From: Prochlorococcus sp. AG-409-M05
Lineage (GTDB): Bacteria; Cyanobacteriota; Cyanobacteriia; PCC-6307; Cyanobiaceae
Reading direction: 5' to 3'
DNA: 64,000 bases
NCBI GenBank assembly: GCA_003215435.1
Contig: QCKJ01000006.1
Span: forward strand, 4,070-68,069
A program made the translations under genes and the position numbers. Below are positions 7,607 through 18,518 of this stretch, piece by piece; the first letter of the stretch is position 1, and each line of letters starts with the position of its first letter. The notes under the pieces are model-generated. The model worked only from the letters and a program-made list of their open reading frames with translations, had not been told where the DNA came from and did no database searches.

Positions 7607-8602
7607 ATGAGTATGGCGAGTATTTCAGTGAATGCGCTTACAAAAAACTACAGCGTTTCACGCAAAACACCTGGTATCAAAGGAACTCTGAAGCATTTTC
7701 TGTTTCGACGCACTGAAACAATTACCGCAGTAGATGAGATTAGTTTTTCCATTCAGCCTGGAGAGATGGTTGGTTTTATTGGCCCAAACGGTGCAGGCAA
7801 GACAACAACGTTAAAGATGTTATGTGGTCTTATTCACCCCACAAGTGGTGATGTGAGCGTTATTGGTCACAAGCCCCATTCGCTAGAGCCTGGATTTTTA
7901 AAGCAGATAACTTTAGTGATGGGACAAAAACAACAACTTCTCTGGGACCTTCCACCCTTGGATTCAATAAAGGTAAATGCAGCCGTATATGGCATTAGCC
8001 CTCGAGAGACAAATAATCGAATAGACGAATTGGCAAGCATGCTTGGTCTTGGTAATGAGTTAAACCGACCCGTTCGAAAACTTTCCCTAGGGGAACGAAT
8101 GAAAGCGGAGTTATTGGCTGCTTTACTCCATAGGCCCTCAATCCTTTTTTTGGATGAGCCAACCCTTGGATTAGATGTGATTTCTCAGGTTCGTGTGCGT
8201 GAATTTCTTTCTTCCTATAACGAACGTTATGGTGCAACTATGCTCCTTTCAAGCCACTACATGGGGGATATAACTTCGCTTTGTGACCGTGTGATTCTTA
8301 TCCATCATGGTCAGATCATTCATGATGGTTCTCTTATAACTCTAACCGAAAAACTTGCTCCTTTAAAGTCTGTTCGTCTGGAGTTAAATAAACCACAGAC
8401 GCGCGAATCTATAGGGAAATATGGACTAATAGAGGATTACACAGATACATTTGCCCAGTTGTTAATTCCACGTAAAGCCCTTACAAGCAGCATCTCAAAT
8501 ATATTAAGAGACTTACCAGTAACTGATTTAGAAGTAAGTGACCCTCCCATAGAGGAACTTATTAGGCAGTTATTTGAATCTGGTGAAAACTTAAGCATAT
8601 GA
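7607..8602 (+). CDS. ABC-2-type transporter ATP-binding protein (uncharacterised-substrate family)
   Basis: It has Walker A GPNGAGKTT, signature LSLGERMK, Walker B ILFLDEPTLGLD and an H-loop SSHY. The ORF is open from a GTG at 7586, and ATG 7607 (MSMASISV) was chosen as the start. The stop overlaps the next gene (ATGA). Confidence 0.85.
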   Translation: MSMASISVNALTKNYSVSRKTPGIKGTLKHFLFRRTETITAVDEISFSIQPGEMVGFIGPNGAGKTTTLKMLCGLIHPTSGDVSVIGHKPHSLEPGFLKQITLVMGQKQQLLWDLPPLDSIKVNAAVYGISPRETNNRIDELASMLGLGNELNRPVRKLSLGERMKAELLAALLHRPSILFLDEPTLGLDVISQVRVREFLSSYNERYGATMLLSSHYMGDITSLCDRVILIHHGQIIHDGSLITLTEKLAPLKSVRLELNKPQTRESIGKYGLIEDYTDTFAQLLIPRKALTSSISNILRDLPVTDLEVSDPPIEELIRQLFESGENLSI

Positions 8603-9414
8603 GCTATAAACCAAGACAACACAAGGTTTTGTGGTTCCTGAGAGTTATTAAATCACTACTTATTAATCAGTACGCATTAATGATGGAATACAGGGCAGAG
8701 ATTGCTTTATGGGCTTTGTCTGGGATATTGCCTTTGATAATGTTAGGCCTTTGGAGCCAGACTAATATTCAAGATTTAATTGAGTTGCAAGGTTTTAATC
8801 TAAAAAGGTATTTTCTATCTGCATTTGTAGTCAGACAGTTTACTGTTGTTTGGGTAATATTTTCATTCGAGGAAGATATTGTGCAAGGTCGATTGTCTCC
8901 ATTCTTACTACAGCCAGTTCCCTTGTTTTGGCGTTACTACACCTCACATATTGCAGAGCAGATTACAAGAGTACCTATAGTTGCATTAATGATAATGATT
9001 CTCTCAGTTGTATTACCAAACTCTTTCTGGCTACCTAAATTTACAGAGTTAATTCTAACGACTTTCGTAATATTTTTAGCATTTACAGTGCGCTTCATGA
9101 TTCATTGGGCCTTCGCAATGTCTTGCTTTTGGGTTGAGAGGGCTAGCTCAATAGAAAGGTTGTTATTAATCCCTTATCTCTTCTTTTCAGGACTAGTTGC
9201 TCCTATAGACACCTTTCCTAAAGAAATTAGTCAAATTGCATATCTTACTCCTTACCCTTATCTACTATCGTTCCCGGCAAATTTATTGTCTGGCCATCAT
9301 GTAAACATACAACTTAATATAATGATTCTAATCTTTTGGGCTCTATTTTTATTTTTAATTAGCACGCTTGCGTGGAAAAAAGGTGTGAAGCATTTTACCG
9401 CTATGGGTGCATAA
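8599..9414 (+). CDS. ABC-2 family permease, first of two
   Basis: A polytopic membrane protein with about 6 TM segments, translationally coupled to the ATPase. The three-gene layout (ATPase plus two dissimilar permeases) matches a conserved uncharacterised ABC-2 system. Confidence 0.75.
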   Translation: MSYKPRQHKVLWFLRVIKSLLINQYALMMEYRAEIALWALSGILPLIMLGLWSQTNIQDLIELQGFNLKRYFLSAFVVRQFTVVWVIFSFEEDIVQGRLSPFLLQPVPLFWRYYTSHIAEQITRVPIVALMIMILSVVLPNSFWLPKFTELILTTFVIFLAFTVRFMIHWAFAMSCFWVERASSIERLLLIPYLFFSGLVAPIDTFPKEISQIAYLTPYPYLLSFPANLLSGHHVNIQLNIMILIFWALFLFLISTLAWKKGVKHFTAMGA

Positions 9415-9416
9415 CA

Positions 9417-10226
9417 ATGAAATCTAAATTTAATAAATATATTAATATTTCAATGGTTCTACTAAGGTTTTGGCAGACCAGCCTTGCAATAGAACTTGAA
9501 TATCAACTAAATATGTTAATCGAGCTAGTATCTGTTTTAGGGAACCTCTTTGGAAGCCTATTTATTTTATCACTTTTTTATAAATCAGGACCACTATTAG
9601 GTGGGTGGAACTTCTTTGAGGCACTAATTGTCCTAGGAATATATATGATCTTGGAAGGGATTACGACCTCAATTCTTGCCCCAAACCTAAGCAGAATTGT
9701 TAATCACGTAAAAAACGGAACTCTCGATTATGTTTTGTTAAAGCCAATTGACAGTCAGTTGTGGCTTTCTCTACGAATAATTTCTCCATGGGGATTACCC
9801 TCACAACTGATTGGGATTCTATTGATAATTTATAGCCTAGTAAGTATTCAAGTTGATTTGTCTTTATTTAACATCTTGATTTTTTTTACCTGCCTTTTTG
9901 CAAGCTCTCTTATCCTATATAGCCTGTGGTTCTTACTTGCAAGTACGAGCATTTGGTTCGTTAAAGTATGGAATGCTACAGAAGTCCTTAGATCAATTCT
10001 GGTCGCAGGGCGCTACCCTATGTCGGCTTATCCTAGAGGTTTGAGAACAATATTTACTTTTTTAATTCCAATCGCATTCTTAACAACTGTCCCTGCTGAA
10101 GTTATTATTGGTAGAGTCTCCAATGAATATATAGCAATTATTTTAATTATAGCAGCTATATTCTTTGCTATCTCCCGTAGGTTTTGGAAGTTTGCATTAC
10201 TTCATTATACTTCTGCCTCAAGTTAA
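9417..10226 (+). CDS. ABC-2 family permease, second of two
   Basis: A polytopic membrane protein. The ATG at 9417 (MKSKFNKY) lies 2 nt after the upstream stop. The ORF-track start at 9372 would overlap the upstream gene. Confidence 0.75.
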   Translation: MKSKFNKYINISMVLLRFWQTSLAIELEYQLNMLIELVSVLGNLFGSLFILSLFYKSGPLLGGWNFFEALIVLGIYMILEGITTSILAPNLSRIVNHVKNGTLDYVLLKPIDSQLWLSLRIISPWGLPSQLIGILLIIYSLVSIQVDLSLFNILIFFTCLFASSLILYSLWFLLASTSIWFVKVWNATEVLRSILVAGRYPMSAYPRGLRTIFTFLIPIAFLTTVPAEVIIGRVSNEYIAIILIIAAIFFAISRRFWKFALLHYTSASS

Positions 10227-10290
10227 TTATTTAGTCGCTATTTAATAAAATCTTATTTAAGATACCTATTCGTCCGTTATGTAGGAAATC

Positions 10291-11040
10291 ATGAAATCTT
10301 TACTCGTATTGCAACATGTAGATAGAGAAGGCCCAGAGTTTTTTGCAAATTTAGCAGAGGAATTTTCATTTAATCTAAAAATCTGTCGCGTTGATTTAAA
10401 TGATGAGTTACCTCCTATCGATGAGATAAGTGGTTTGTTGGTTCTAGGAGGTCCAATGGGACTCTCTGACCTAGAAGATCCAGCATATAAATGGCTTTCA
10501 ACAGAAATAGGGTTTATCGAGAGAGCTTTTTATTTAAAAGTTCCTTTAATTGGCGTATGCCTAGGTGCTCAGCTTTTGGCATATGTTGCAGGCGGAAGAG
10601 TTGAGCCTCTTATTTGTGCGCAAACAGGTTTACCACTCCCTGAAATTGGATGGGCACCTATCACAGCTCTAGAGGCCCAAGAATCAGAGAGTGTTTTGGA
10701 GGAATTTGATAGTCCTTTAGGTGTTTTGCATTGGCATTCAGATCGCATCGTTCTACCTGAGAACGCAACTTTGCTAGCGAGCAGTCATCGATGCAGAGAA
10801 CAATTTTTTCGTATTGGAAAGGCAGCATATGGCCTTCAATTTCATGCTGAGGTCGATGGAGAAAAAATAAAGAGATGGATTCGAGAAGATCTAGATTTTG
10901 TTTTAAGCAGCCTTGGTAGCGAGGGTCAATCTCTTCTAATTGCCCAACAATCCGTTTGGTCGAATGCTACTCAAGCAAGAAGGCAAAATTTACTTCGAGC
11001 TTTGTTTAGGACCCTTTGGCCAGAGCAATCTCCCTATTAG
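10291..11040 (+). CDS. Class I glutamine amidotransferase-like protein (stand-alone GATase1)
   Basis: It has the nucleophile elbow GVCLGAQLL and a LQFHAE histidine block. No synthase domain is attached. Confidence 0.8.
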   Translation: MKSLLVLQHVDREGPEFFANLAEEFSFNLKICRVDLNDELPPIDEISGLLVLGGPMGLSDLEDPAYKWLSTEIGFIERAFYLKVPLIGVCLGAQLLAYVAGGRVEPLICAQTGLPLPEIGWAPITALEAQESESVLEEFDSPLGVLHWHSDRIVLPENATLLASSHRCREQFFRIGKAAYGLQFHAEVDGEKIKRWIREDLDFVLSSLGSEGQSLLIAQQSVWSNATQARRQNLLRALFRTLWPEQSPY

Positions 11041-11336
11041 CTTCTACTTAACCATGAAGGAGCTCCACTAAACCATTCACCTAGGTCGTCCTCTGGACGA
11101 AGATTACTATCTGGTTCAGGTGACCCAAGATTTAAATCATCCAAGAGATTGTCTAGGCTGTCTTTGGAGTGGATGTTTTTCTTTTGACGTTTAGCTTTGC
11201 TAAGCCATGACGCAACCGTTTGATCGATGTCAGCAAGGTTATGCAAATAGATCCTTTCCTCTAGGTCAACATCTTGATCATTGGCTAACCGAGTGAGAAT
11301 CTCATGTAGACGTAGGCGTGTTTGTGCCGATAGCAT
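11037..11336 (-). CDS. Hypothetical conserved small protein
   Basis: A 99-aa acidic, helical ORF that converges with the GATase gene with a 4-nt overlap. No motif was recognised. Confidence 0.5.
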   Translation of the reverse strand: MLSAQTRLRLHEILTRLANDQDVDLEERIYLHNLADIDQTVASWLSKAKRQKKNIHSKDSLDNLLDDLNLGSPEPDSNLRPEDDLGEWFSGAPSWLSRS

Positions 11337-11472
11337 TTCTCTATCACTGCTTTCTCTTTCTTAGCGAATCGAATCATGCTTCACAACTAAATCTTTTTAT
11401 TGATGCCATAAACCTTTGCATCAGGCCCCCATTCTTTGCCAGATCGACCTTTCCCTAAAACACTAGAAGACT

Positions 11473-11946
11473 ATGTTTTCACTATTTATTACTTTTGCTA
11501 CAGCAGTCTTTTTTATATCGGTTCAACTGCTTCCTGCTTACGCTGCAATGGATTATTCAAAACAATCTTTGATTGAAATTGATTTCTCTGGTCAGGACCT
11601 TCGAGGCGTTACTTTTAATTTGACTAACTTGAAGAAAGCAGATTTATCTGGAAGTGATTTGCAAGGAGCCAGTTTATTTGGAGCAAAATTGCAAGAAGCT
11701 AATCTAAGTAATGCTAATTTAAGAGAAACAACGCTTGATTCAGCTGTATTTGAAGGAACTGATTTAACTAATTCGGTTTTGGAAGATGCCTTTGCCTTTA
11801 ATACTCGTTTCGAAAATGTAAAGATCACAGGAGCTGACTTTACAAATGTTCCTATGCGAGACGATGTCTTGAAGACACTTTGTTCTTACGCAGAAGGGAC
11901 AAATCCTGTGACGGGGAGAGTTACTAGAGAAACTCTAGAATGCTAG
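11473..11946 (+). CDS. Pentapeptide-repeat protein with signal peptide (thylakoid-lumen type)
   Basis: It has an N-terminal hydrophobic signal ending AYA-A, then tandem A(D/N)LxX pentapeptides (ADLSGSDLQGASLFGAKLQEANLSNANLRETTL). Confidence 0.85.
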   Translation: MFSLFITFATAVFFISVQLLPAYAAMDYSKQSLIEIDFSGQDLRGVTFNLTNLKKADLSGSDLQGASLFGAKLQEANLSNANLRETTLDSAVFEGTDLTNSVLEDAFAFNTRFENVKITGADFTNVPMRDDVLKTLCSYAEGTNPVTGRVTRETLEC

Positions 11947-12080
11947 CTTAATATATGAAATTCTTATTCTTATTAATATCGTAATATATTACATATCCCT
12001 AGATTGTTATTAGAGGCTTAATGATTTTGAACTTTAATACTATTCAATTTAAGCTAGTAAAGTGAGTAGAAGCGAAAATA

Positions 12081-12524
12081 TTATTCTTGAACATCATTAG
12101 TTGCAGTTAAGAACATAAGCTTAAACTCTTCTACACCACCTTCTCCTGCTAACCCTAATGGGTAACCACATTTACTAACAACTTCTGATGAGACTAGCGA
12201 GATAAGTCTATCTTTATCAACATTATTGATCTCTTCATTTCCATTTAAGGCGATTTCGAACCATAATGACGGATTAAAAGAGGCTTGTTTGTTCTCACTA
12301 ATTGCCATTTTTAAAGCACCATCTACTGACACTCCTATTCCAATAGCATTGCAAAATTTATTGGAATATCCTTTGGCAACTTTATATTCTAGTTTAGAAT
12401 AATACTCCTGTCCTGTAGTCACCTCAGCCAAGACACCTGCAGGCACTAATGTTTGGGATGTCACTAAAAGTATACTTAATACTATATTTAATAGTGATCG
12501 AAGTAACTTGTTTGCATTAGACAT
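12081..12524 (-). CDS. Hypothetical secreted protein
   Basis: A signal-peptide-like N-terminus (LLRSLLNIVLSILLVTSQTLVPAGVLA) with two Cys. No family was recognised. Confidence 0.5.
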   Translation of the reverse strand: MSNANKLLRSLLNIVLSILLVTSQTLVPAGVLAEVTTGQEYYSKLEYKVAKGYSNKFCNAIGIGVSVDGALKMAISENKQASFNPSLWFEIALNGNEEINNVDKDRLISLVSSEVVSKCGYPLGLAGEGGVEEFKLMFLTATNDVQE

Positions 12525-12786
12525 GAAAACTCCTCATAGAGGCTAACTTTAAATGCTATATCCCATCATTTTATAACCTAATACGCCAGAAATAGATCTT
12601 TTCAAGAATTTCATCGTTGATTTTCTGGCTTTCAGGTACGTATATCTAAGCCTTTTCGTAATAAAAAAAGATTATCTATATTAATTATGTGTAGATAACC
12701 TTTGCTCTGATTTATTCATTTAATCTCTAAATTCTTTAATGAAGTTTTTTCTGGATTAAACCTTGGTTGGAACTTCGAATTTGGAA

Positions 12787-12871
12787 CGGAGGGGGTGGGA
12801 TTCGAACCCACGGATGCTCTCACATCGCTGGTTTTCAAGACCAGAGCCATCAACCACTCGACCACCCCTCC
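12787..12871 (-). tRNA. tRNA-Ser (anticodon UGA)
   Basis: The reverse complement reads GGAGGGG-TG-GTCGAGTGGTTGATGGC..CT-TGA-AA..long variable arm..GTGGG-TTCGAAT-CCCAC-CCCCTCC-G. The 7-bp acceptor stem is perfect. CCA is not encoded. Confidence 0.9.
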
Positions 12872-13346
12872 TCTTTTTGTGTCGCTTGTAATAGCAACAT
12901 TGATATTCTATCAACATAGATATTCCGGAGTTCAATCATTTTTTGCTGGTTGATACAACCACTCGTGGTCTGTATTTCCTATTTAGAGTAACTTTGAATT
13001 CTTTAAATTAATCAATTTTCTATAGAAAATATTTTTTCATGACATTATAGTGAAGAGCTCTTTTAAATATTGAGAAATCTAAATTATAAACTTATATCCT
13101 TTATAAGCCATTGTAAACACTATTGGTTCTTATGAAATCTAATAATATCAACTCTGTATATTTTTCTTTTTCATGTTGGTCTAGACCTAAGCCATGGCAT
13201 TCAATCTTTTTATCTTTGATCAGCTTTCTCTGTTCCAGCAGTTAATTGATCGGAGCCATTTTCGATTAATCGACAAAACTTTTTAATAAAACCTGACCTT
13301 AACTCTCTTTTATGCCATAATTCTGGGATTCAAATTTACTCTTGTT

Positions 13347-13550
13347 ATGTCTCGTTCCACAAATTCCAATAGTGGTCAGACTCGCTTTCTTGGTGACATC
13401 CCCTTTGAAGGGCAAATCGGAGAACGAGAGCGTATTAGATACACCGTTCACCTGATGTTTTTTATCGGTTGTGGCCTGTTCTCCTTTGGTATCTGGGCCC
13501 TTTCTGGCTTCACCAACTCAGCAGGTCAAACTGGACCATTCCCTTTTTAG
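13347..13550 (+). CDS. Hypothetical small membrane protein
   Basis: A 67-aa ORF with one clear TM helix (VHLMFFIGCGLFSFGIWALSGF). No family was recognised. Confidence 0.4.
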   Translation: MSRSTNSNSGQTRFLGDIPFEGQIGERERIRYTVHLMFFIGCGLFSFGIWALSGFTNSAGQTGPFPF

Positions 13551-13604
13551 GCAAACAAATAGCCTTTGTTGAACAGTAAAAGATAAGAATTAGGAACTAC
13601 AAAT

Positions 13605-13654
13605 AGTCATAAAAAAACATTTCTATATCTAAATAGAAATGTTTTTTTATGACT
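13605..13654. terminator. Perfect 22-bp stem / 6-nt loop hairpin (possible bidirectional terminator or RNA element)
   Basis: AGTCATAAAAAAACATTTCTAT-ATCTAA-ATAGAAATGTTTTTTTATGACT, read directly. It is A/U-rich, and there is no separate U-tail beyond the U7 within the arm. Confidence 0.45.
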
Positions 13655-13745
13655 TACTAACATTAGCTTGATTAATGAATAATCCTTTTTAATATATTTT
13701 TTATATCTTTGCTTATGTTTAATCGTTAGCGTTTTTGGTTACTAT

Positions 13746-14765
13746 TTGCTTTTGATAAAACGTCTAAAATCATTCAGAATTCTGTTTCTCTCTGCCTTGG
13801 CAACTATTGCCTTGACTGGGTTTATAAATGATTCTTCTCTATCTTTCTCTGCCAAAGATATAGAAAGGGAAGATACGAAGTTTAATCTCCCTACTAGAAA
13901 AGATCTTCCAAGGCTTGATAACGGACGCCATTATCCCTTGGTGCCAAACAGTCCTCCTAAGGTTGCCTCTCTTCTTGTTTACTTAGAGCAAGCATTACGT
14001 GATTCTTCTACACCTAATGATCAGATGCCCCTTTTAGGACATCAACATCAAGTTATTTATAGAGTTTTATCTAGAGATATTCCTTTTTCCAAACAGGTCC
14101 TTATCAATTTGCCTCTTAAATGGCGTTCTGTAGCAAAGAAGCATCTAGCTGCAAGAAGAGAATTCCTGAAGATGGGACATGGCTCTGCACCTTTTCTAAC
14201 TTTGCCCGCATGGAGAATAATTGCACCAGAACCTGCAAAAAAACTTCTTGCTTACTATCAGAAGGCAGAGCTCAGTACTGGAATCGAATGGGAAGTATTG
14301 GCTGCTGTGAATTTGGTTGAGACTGGAATGGGGCGAATTGATGGAGTTTCAGTTGCAAATGCGCAAGGCCCTATGCAGTTCTTACCATCAACGTGGAATG
14401 AGAGGGGGATTGGGAATGGAGGAAACATACGGGATCCGCATGATTCAATTCAGGCTGCTGCTAGGTATTTGGTTCGTCGCGGTGGCTTAGAGAATATTCT
14501 TAAAGGGTTATGGGGTTACAACAATAGTGACTATTACGGTAGGGCTGTTTTGCTATATGCAGATCTACTTCGAGAAGACCCAAGAGCTTTTTACAGCATT
14601 TATCACTGGGAAATCCATTATATGACTGCCTTTGGGGACATCTGGCTCCCAAATGGTTATCACCAGAAAAAGCGGATACCAATATCTACGTATTTGAAAA
14701 TGTTTCCTGCAAGCTCACCACCGCCTACGCTTTCTTCAAACCAGATTAAAACTGAACGTGGCTAA
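13746..14765 (+). CDS. Lytic transglycosylase (SLT/MltB-like domain) with N-terminal signal/anchor
   Basis: It has the catalytic Glu block NLVETGMG plus QGPMQFLPSTW and AAARYL, which are typical of lysozyme-like lytic transglycosylases. The start is TTG. Confidence 0.8.
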   Translation: MLLIKRLKSFRILFLSALATIALTGFINDSSLSFSAKDIEREDTKFNLPTRKDLPRLDNGRHYPLVPNSPPKVASLLVYLEQALRDSSTPNDQMPLLGHQHQVIYRVLSRDIPFSKQVLINLPLKWRSVAKKHLAARREFLKMGHGSAPFLTLPAWRIIAPEPAKKLLAYYQKAELSTGIEWEVLAAVNLVETGMGRIDGVSVANAQGPMQFLPSTWNERGIGNGGNIRDPHDSIQAAARYLVRRGGLENILKGLWGYNNSDYYGRAVLLYADLLREDPRAFYSIYHWEIHYMTAFGDIWLPNGYHQKKRIPISTYLKMFPASSPPPTLSSNQIKTERG

Positions 14766-15453
14766 AGAATCAACTCACCGTGCTGACGAACTAAAGGCAC
14801 TTGGCTGGTCCCCTGAGGATACTTCACGTTATACAGAACTCTGGGAATATAGGCAGAGGTGGGGAGCAATCAACTTAGAACGAGAGGACCGTCTTTTTCT
14901 AAGGAAAGCCGAGGCTCAACTCCCAAAAATCACAACAGGGAAGGCTTCAGTAAAGAAGCCAATAAAGGAAAAATCCTATTACCGATGGCTTTCTTTATAC
15001 CTAGATGCAATGAATAGGGCTGAAGTCAAGTTTCATTTAAAAGAAGGAGATCATGGTGTATGGCCAATACTTTTGGAAGAGGAACTTAGAACTCTTGATT
15101 ACTACCAACCAGTTTTAGGCTTGCCAGATACTTTGAAAGCCAAGGCCTTCATTCCCATTCGTGAAGAAATAGTATCCAGAGGCACTGCCTTCTCCGAATC
15201 AAATCCGCAAACTTTTGAATTTGATTTCCAGTCTCCTCTTAATGATTTAACCCCCGACGAAAAATCAAAATGGCGTCCCTTAAGAGACGAGAAATTTTCC
15301 AACGAAACTAATTACCTTGTTCTAGAAGCTTCAAAGGTAGAAGCTTTCCGCAAAAAAGTTCGATTAGAAATCGTGAAATTGATAAAGGAAACGCTCCCTT
15401 CGTTAGCAGATACAGATAAACCTGAGCCCCCAAATGAATGGATTCAGGATTGA
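14758..15453 (+). CDS. Hypothetical conserved protein
   Basis: A 231-aa ORF whose GTG start overlaps the upstream stop by 8 nt. It has coding-like composition and no recognised motif. Confidence 0.55.
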   Translation: MAKESTHRADELKALGWSPEDTSRYTELWEYRQRWGAINLEREDRLFLRKAEAQLPKITTGKASVKKPIKEKSYYRWLSLYLDAMNRAEVKFHLKEGDHGVWPILLEEELRTLDYYQPVLGLPDTLKAKAFIPIREEIVSRGTAFSESNPQTFEFDFQSPLNDLTPDEKSKWRPLRDEKFSNETNYLVLEASKVEAFRKKVRLEIVKLIKETLPSLADTDKPEPPNEWIQD

Positions 15454-15463
15454 TTCAATTTAA

Positions 15464-16834
<1,371 letters not shown>

Positions 16835-16848
16835 TATCGGAGTTACTC

Positions 16849-17751
16849 ATGGCGCTGATTCTTCCACGCAGCTATCACAAGATTGCTGCAGTGGAGAGGA
16901 ACCGAATCTCTTGGATTGAACCGGAGCTTGCAGAACGTCAAGACATCCGGCCTTTGAGAATTGGGATTCTGAATATCATGCCATTGGGCAAGCAATATGA
17001 GTTCAATTTGCTTCACCCTCTCGGCCTTTCTCCACTTCAGATTGAGCCTATATGGATACGCCTTAATAGCCATGCTTATAAGACTTGGAATTTAGCCCAT
17101 TTAGATCAACTCTATGTAAGTTGGGAAGATGCTATGAGTCCTTCCCCTTTGGATGGATTAATCATTACAGGTGCTCCAGTTGAGCATCTTCCATTTGAAG
17201 ATGTTAATTATTGGCCAGAGTTGGTTGATTTGATTCGAGAAGCTCGTGCTCTATGTGCGAGTACATTGGGCCTCTGTTGGGCTGGCTTTGCTCTGGCATA
17301 TCTTGAAGGAGTTGAAAAGATACCTATTAAGGAGAAACTATTCGGTGTTTTCCCTTTAAGAAGTCTGATTCCTGGTCACTCTTTAATGGGAACTCAAGAT
17401 GACCGTTTTGTTTGTCCTCAAAGTCGTTATGCAGTTTTACCTGACTCGTCAATGGAAACTGCTCAACGTCAAGGGCGACTTCGATTATTGGCCCATGGTG
17501 AAAAAGTTGGGTACACCATCTTTGAATCAACAGATCAAAGGCAATTGATTCATTTGGGCCACCCTGAGTACAACGCAGGAAGACTGGTGGCTGAAATGGA
17601 GAGAGATCGGACCAGAGGAGATGTCCCTCCGCCAGAGAACTTTGACCCTCAAAACCCACAAACTTCATGGAGATCACATAGAAACCTCCTCTTCCAACAA
17701 TGGCTTTGGTTCTGTTACCAGAGAGTCAGCCTTATAGGGGGCTATGAGTAA
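16849..17751 (+). CDS. metA: Homoserine O-acyl(succinyl/acetyl)transferase, MetA family
   Basis: It has PLRIGILNIMP, the active-site Cys in LGLCWAG, and HPEY. The ORF is open from 16831, and ATG 16849 (MALILP) was preferred as the start. Confidence 0.9.
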   Translation: MALILPRSYHKIAAVERNRISWIEPELAERQDIRPLRIGILNIMPLGKQYEFNLLHPLGLSPLQIEPIWIRLNSHAYKTWNLAHLDQLYVSWEDAMSPSPLDGLIITGAPVEHLPFEDVNYWPELVDLIREARALCASTLGLCWAGFALAYLEGVEKIPIKEKLFGVFPLRSLIPGHSLMGTQDDRFVCPQSRYAVLPDSSMETAQRQGRLRLLAHGEKVGYTIFESTDQRQLIHLGHPEYNAGRLVAEMERDRTRGDVPPPENFDPQNPQTSWRSHRNLLFQQWLWFCYQRVSLIGGYE

Positions 17752-17886
17752 ATTGAACCATCTTTATTGCGTTTTTATTTATACTTTTTTTACTGCTAAT
17801 AGACCTCCTTATTAATATTCAAACTAAATATATGATACTCCCTCTCTCATAAATCTTGATCTAATAAAATGGTTGATTTTATTTAG

Positions 17887-18471
17887 ATGAATGCTTCAAC
17901 ATATGAGAATATAAGACCTTGGCATCTAATTAGAAGTTGGCTCTCTTATGAAGAATCACGCACTTTGGAAACACTGATTCTCAATAAGTTAAGTTGGCAG
18001 CAACCAATTCTTAGTCTGTACGGTAAAAAAAATCCTATACCTCGGAAAACGGCCTTTATTGCAGACGGAGGTATTATTTATAGATATAGTAGATTTAACC
18101 ATAAATCTGAAGATATTCCTTTATGGTTTAGACCGTTAATTAATAAAATTAGTAAGGAATGTAATGTGCAATTTAATGGCTGCCTATTAAATTATTATCG
18201 TGACGGGAAAGATCATATGGGATGGCATTCAGATGATGAAGTTGATTTAGAAAAAACTAAGCCTATTGCCTCATTATCCATCGGCACTTCAAGAGACTTC
18301 CTTTTTAAACATCGTGCCAAGCCTTTTAAAGAAATTTTAGACTTACATGAAGGAGATCTTCTTGTCATGCACCCCAATTGTCAAAAGGATTGGATTCATT
18401 CTCTCCCTATTAGGCGAAGAGTTAAGGAACATCGAATTAATTTGACTTTTAGATGCTTTAGTCAAAATTGA
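17887..18471 (+). CDS. alkB: AlkB-type Fe(II)/2-oxoglutarate dioxygenase (alkylated nucleic-acid repair)
   Basis: It has NYYRDGKDHMGWHSDDE (HxD), WIHSLP (distal His) and RINLTFR (2OG Arg). Confidence 0.85.
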   Translation: MNASTYENIRPWHLIRSWLSYEESRTLETLILNKLSWQQPILSLYGKKNPIPRKTAFIADGGIIYRYSRFNHKSEDIPLWFRPLINKISKECNVQFNGCLLNYYRDGKDHMGWHSDDEVDLEKTKPIASLSIGTSRDFLFKHRAKPFKEILDLHEGDLLVMHPNCQKDWIHSLPIRRRVKEHRINLTFRCFSQN

Positions 18472-18490
18472 TTTAATTAAATTAAAGATT

Positions 18491-18518
18491 AAAGTATTTA
18501 TTTAGTAATAAATACTTT
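18491..18518. terminator. 12-bp perfect hairpin between convergent genes (bidirectional terminator candidate)
   Basis: AAAGTATTTATT-TAGT-AATAAATACTTT, read directly. A second 6-bp hairpin, GTATGC-TTTTT-GCATAC, lies at 18565-18581. Confidence 0.5.

Noticed and set aside
7450-7716. An 88-codon ORF overlapping the start of the ABC-2 ATPase gene.
   Set aside because: It is out of frame with a well-supported ATPase, has no motif and has hydrophobic low-complexity composition. The upstream part is better treated as untranslated leader.
12787-12871. tRNA-Ser as the attachment site of a genomic island.
   Set aside because: By eye there is no duplicated copy of the tRNA 3' half nearby, and no integrase or cargo genes. 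The flanks are simply non-coding. The question is kept open only as a comparative-genomics question in the findings.
13178-13198. Adjacent palindromes GGTCTAGACC and GCCATGGC in the tRNA-Ser downstream spacer.
   Set aside because: Loop-less 8-10-bp palindromes are expected many times by chance in 64 kb, and there is no second copy or partner site.
13132-13245. A 37-codon ORF (MKSNNINSVYFSFSCWSRPKPWHSIFLSLISFLCSSS) in the same spacer.
   Set aside because: It has Ser/Phe-rich composition typical of random A+T-rich sequence, no ribosome-binding signal and no motif.
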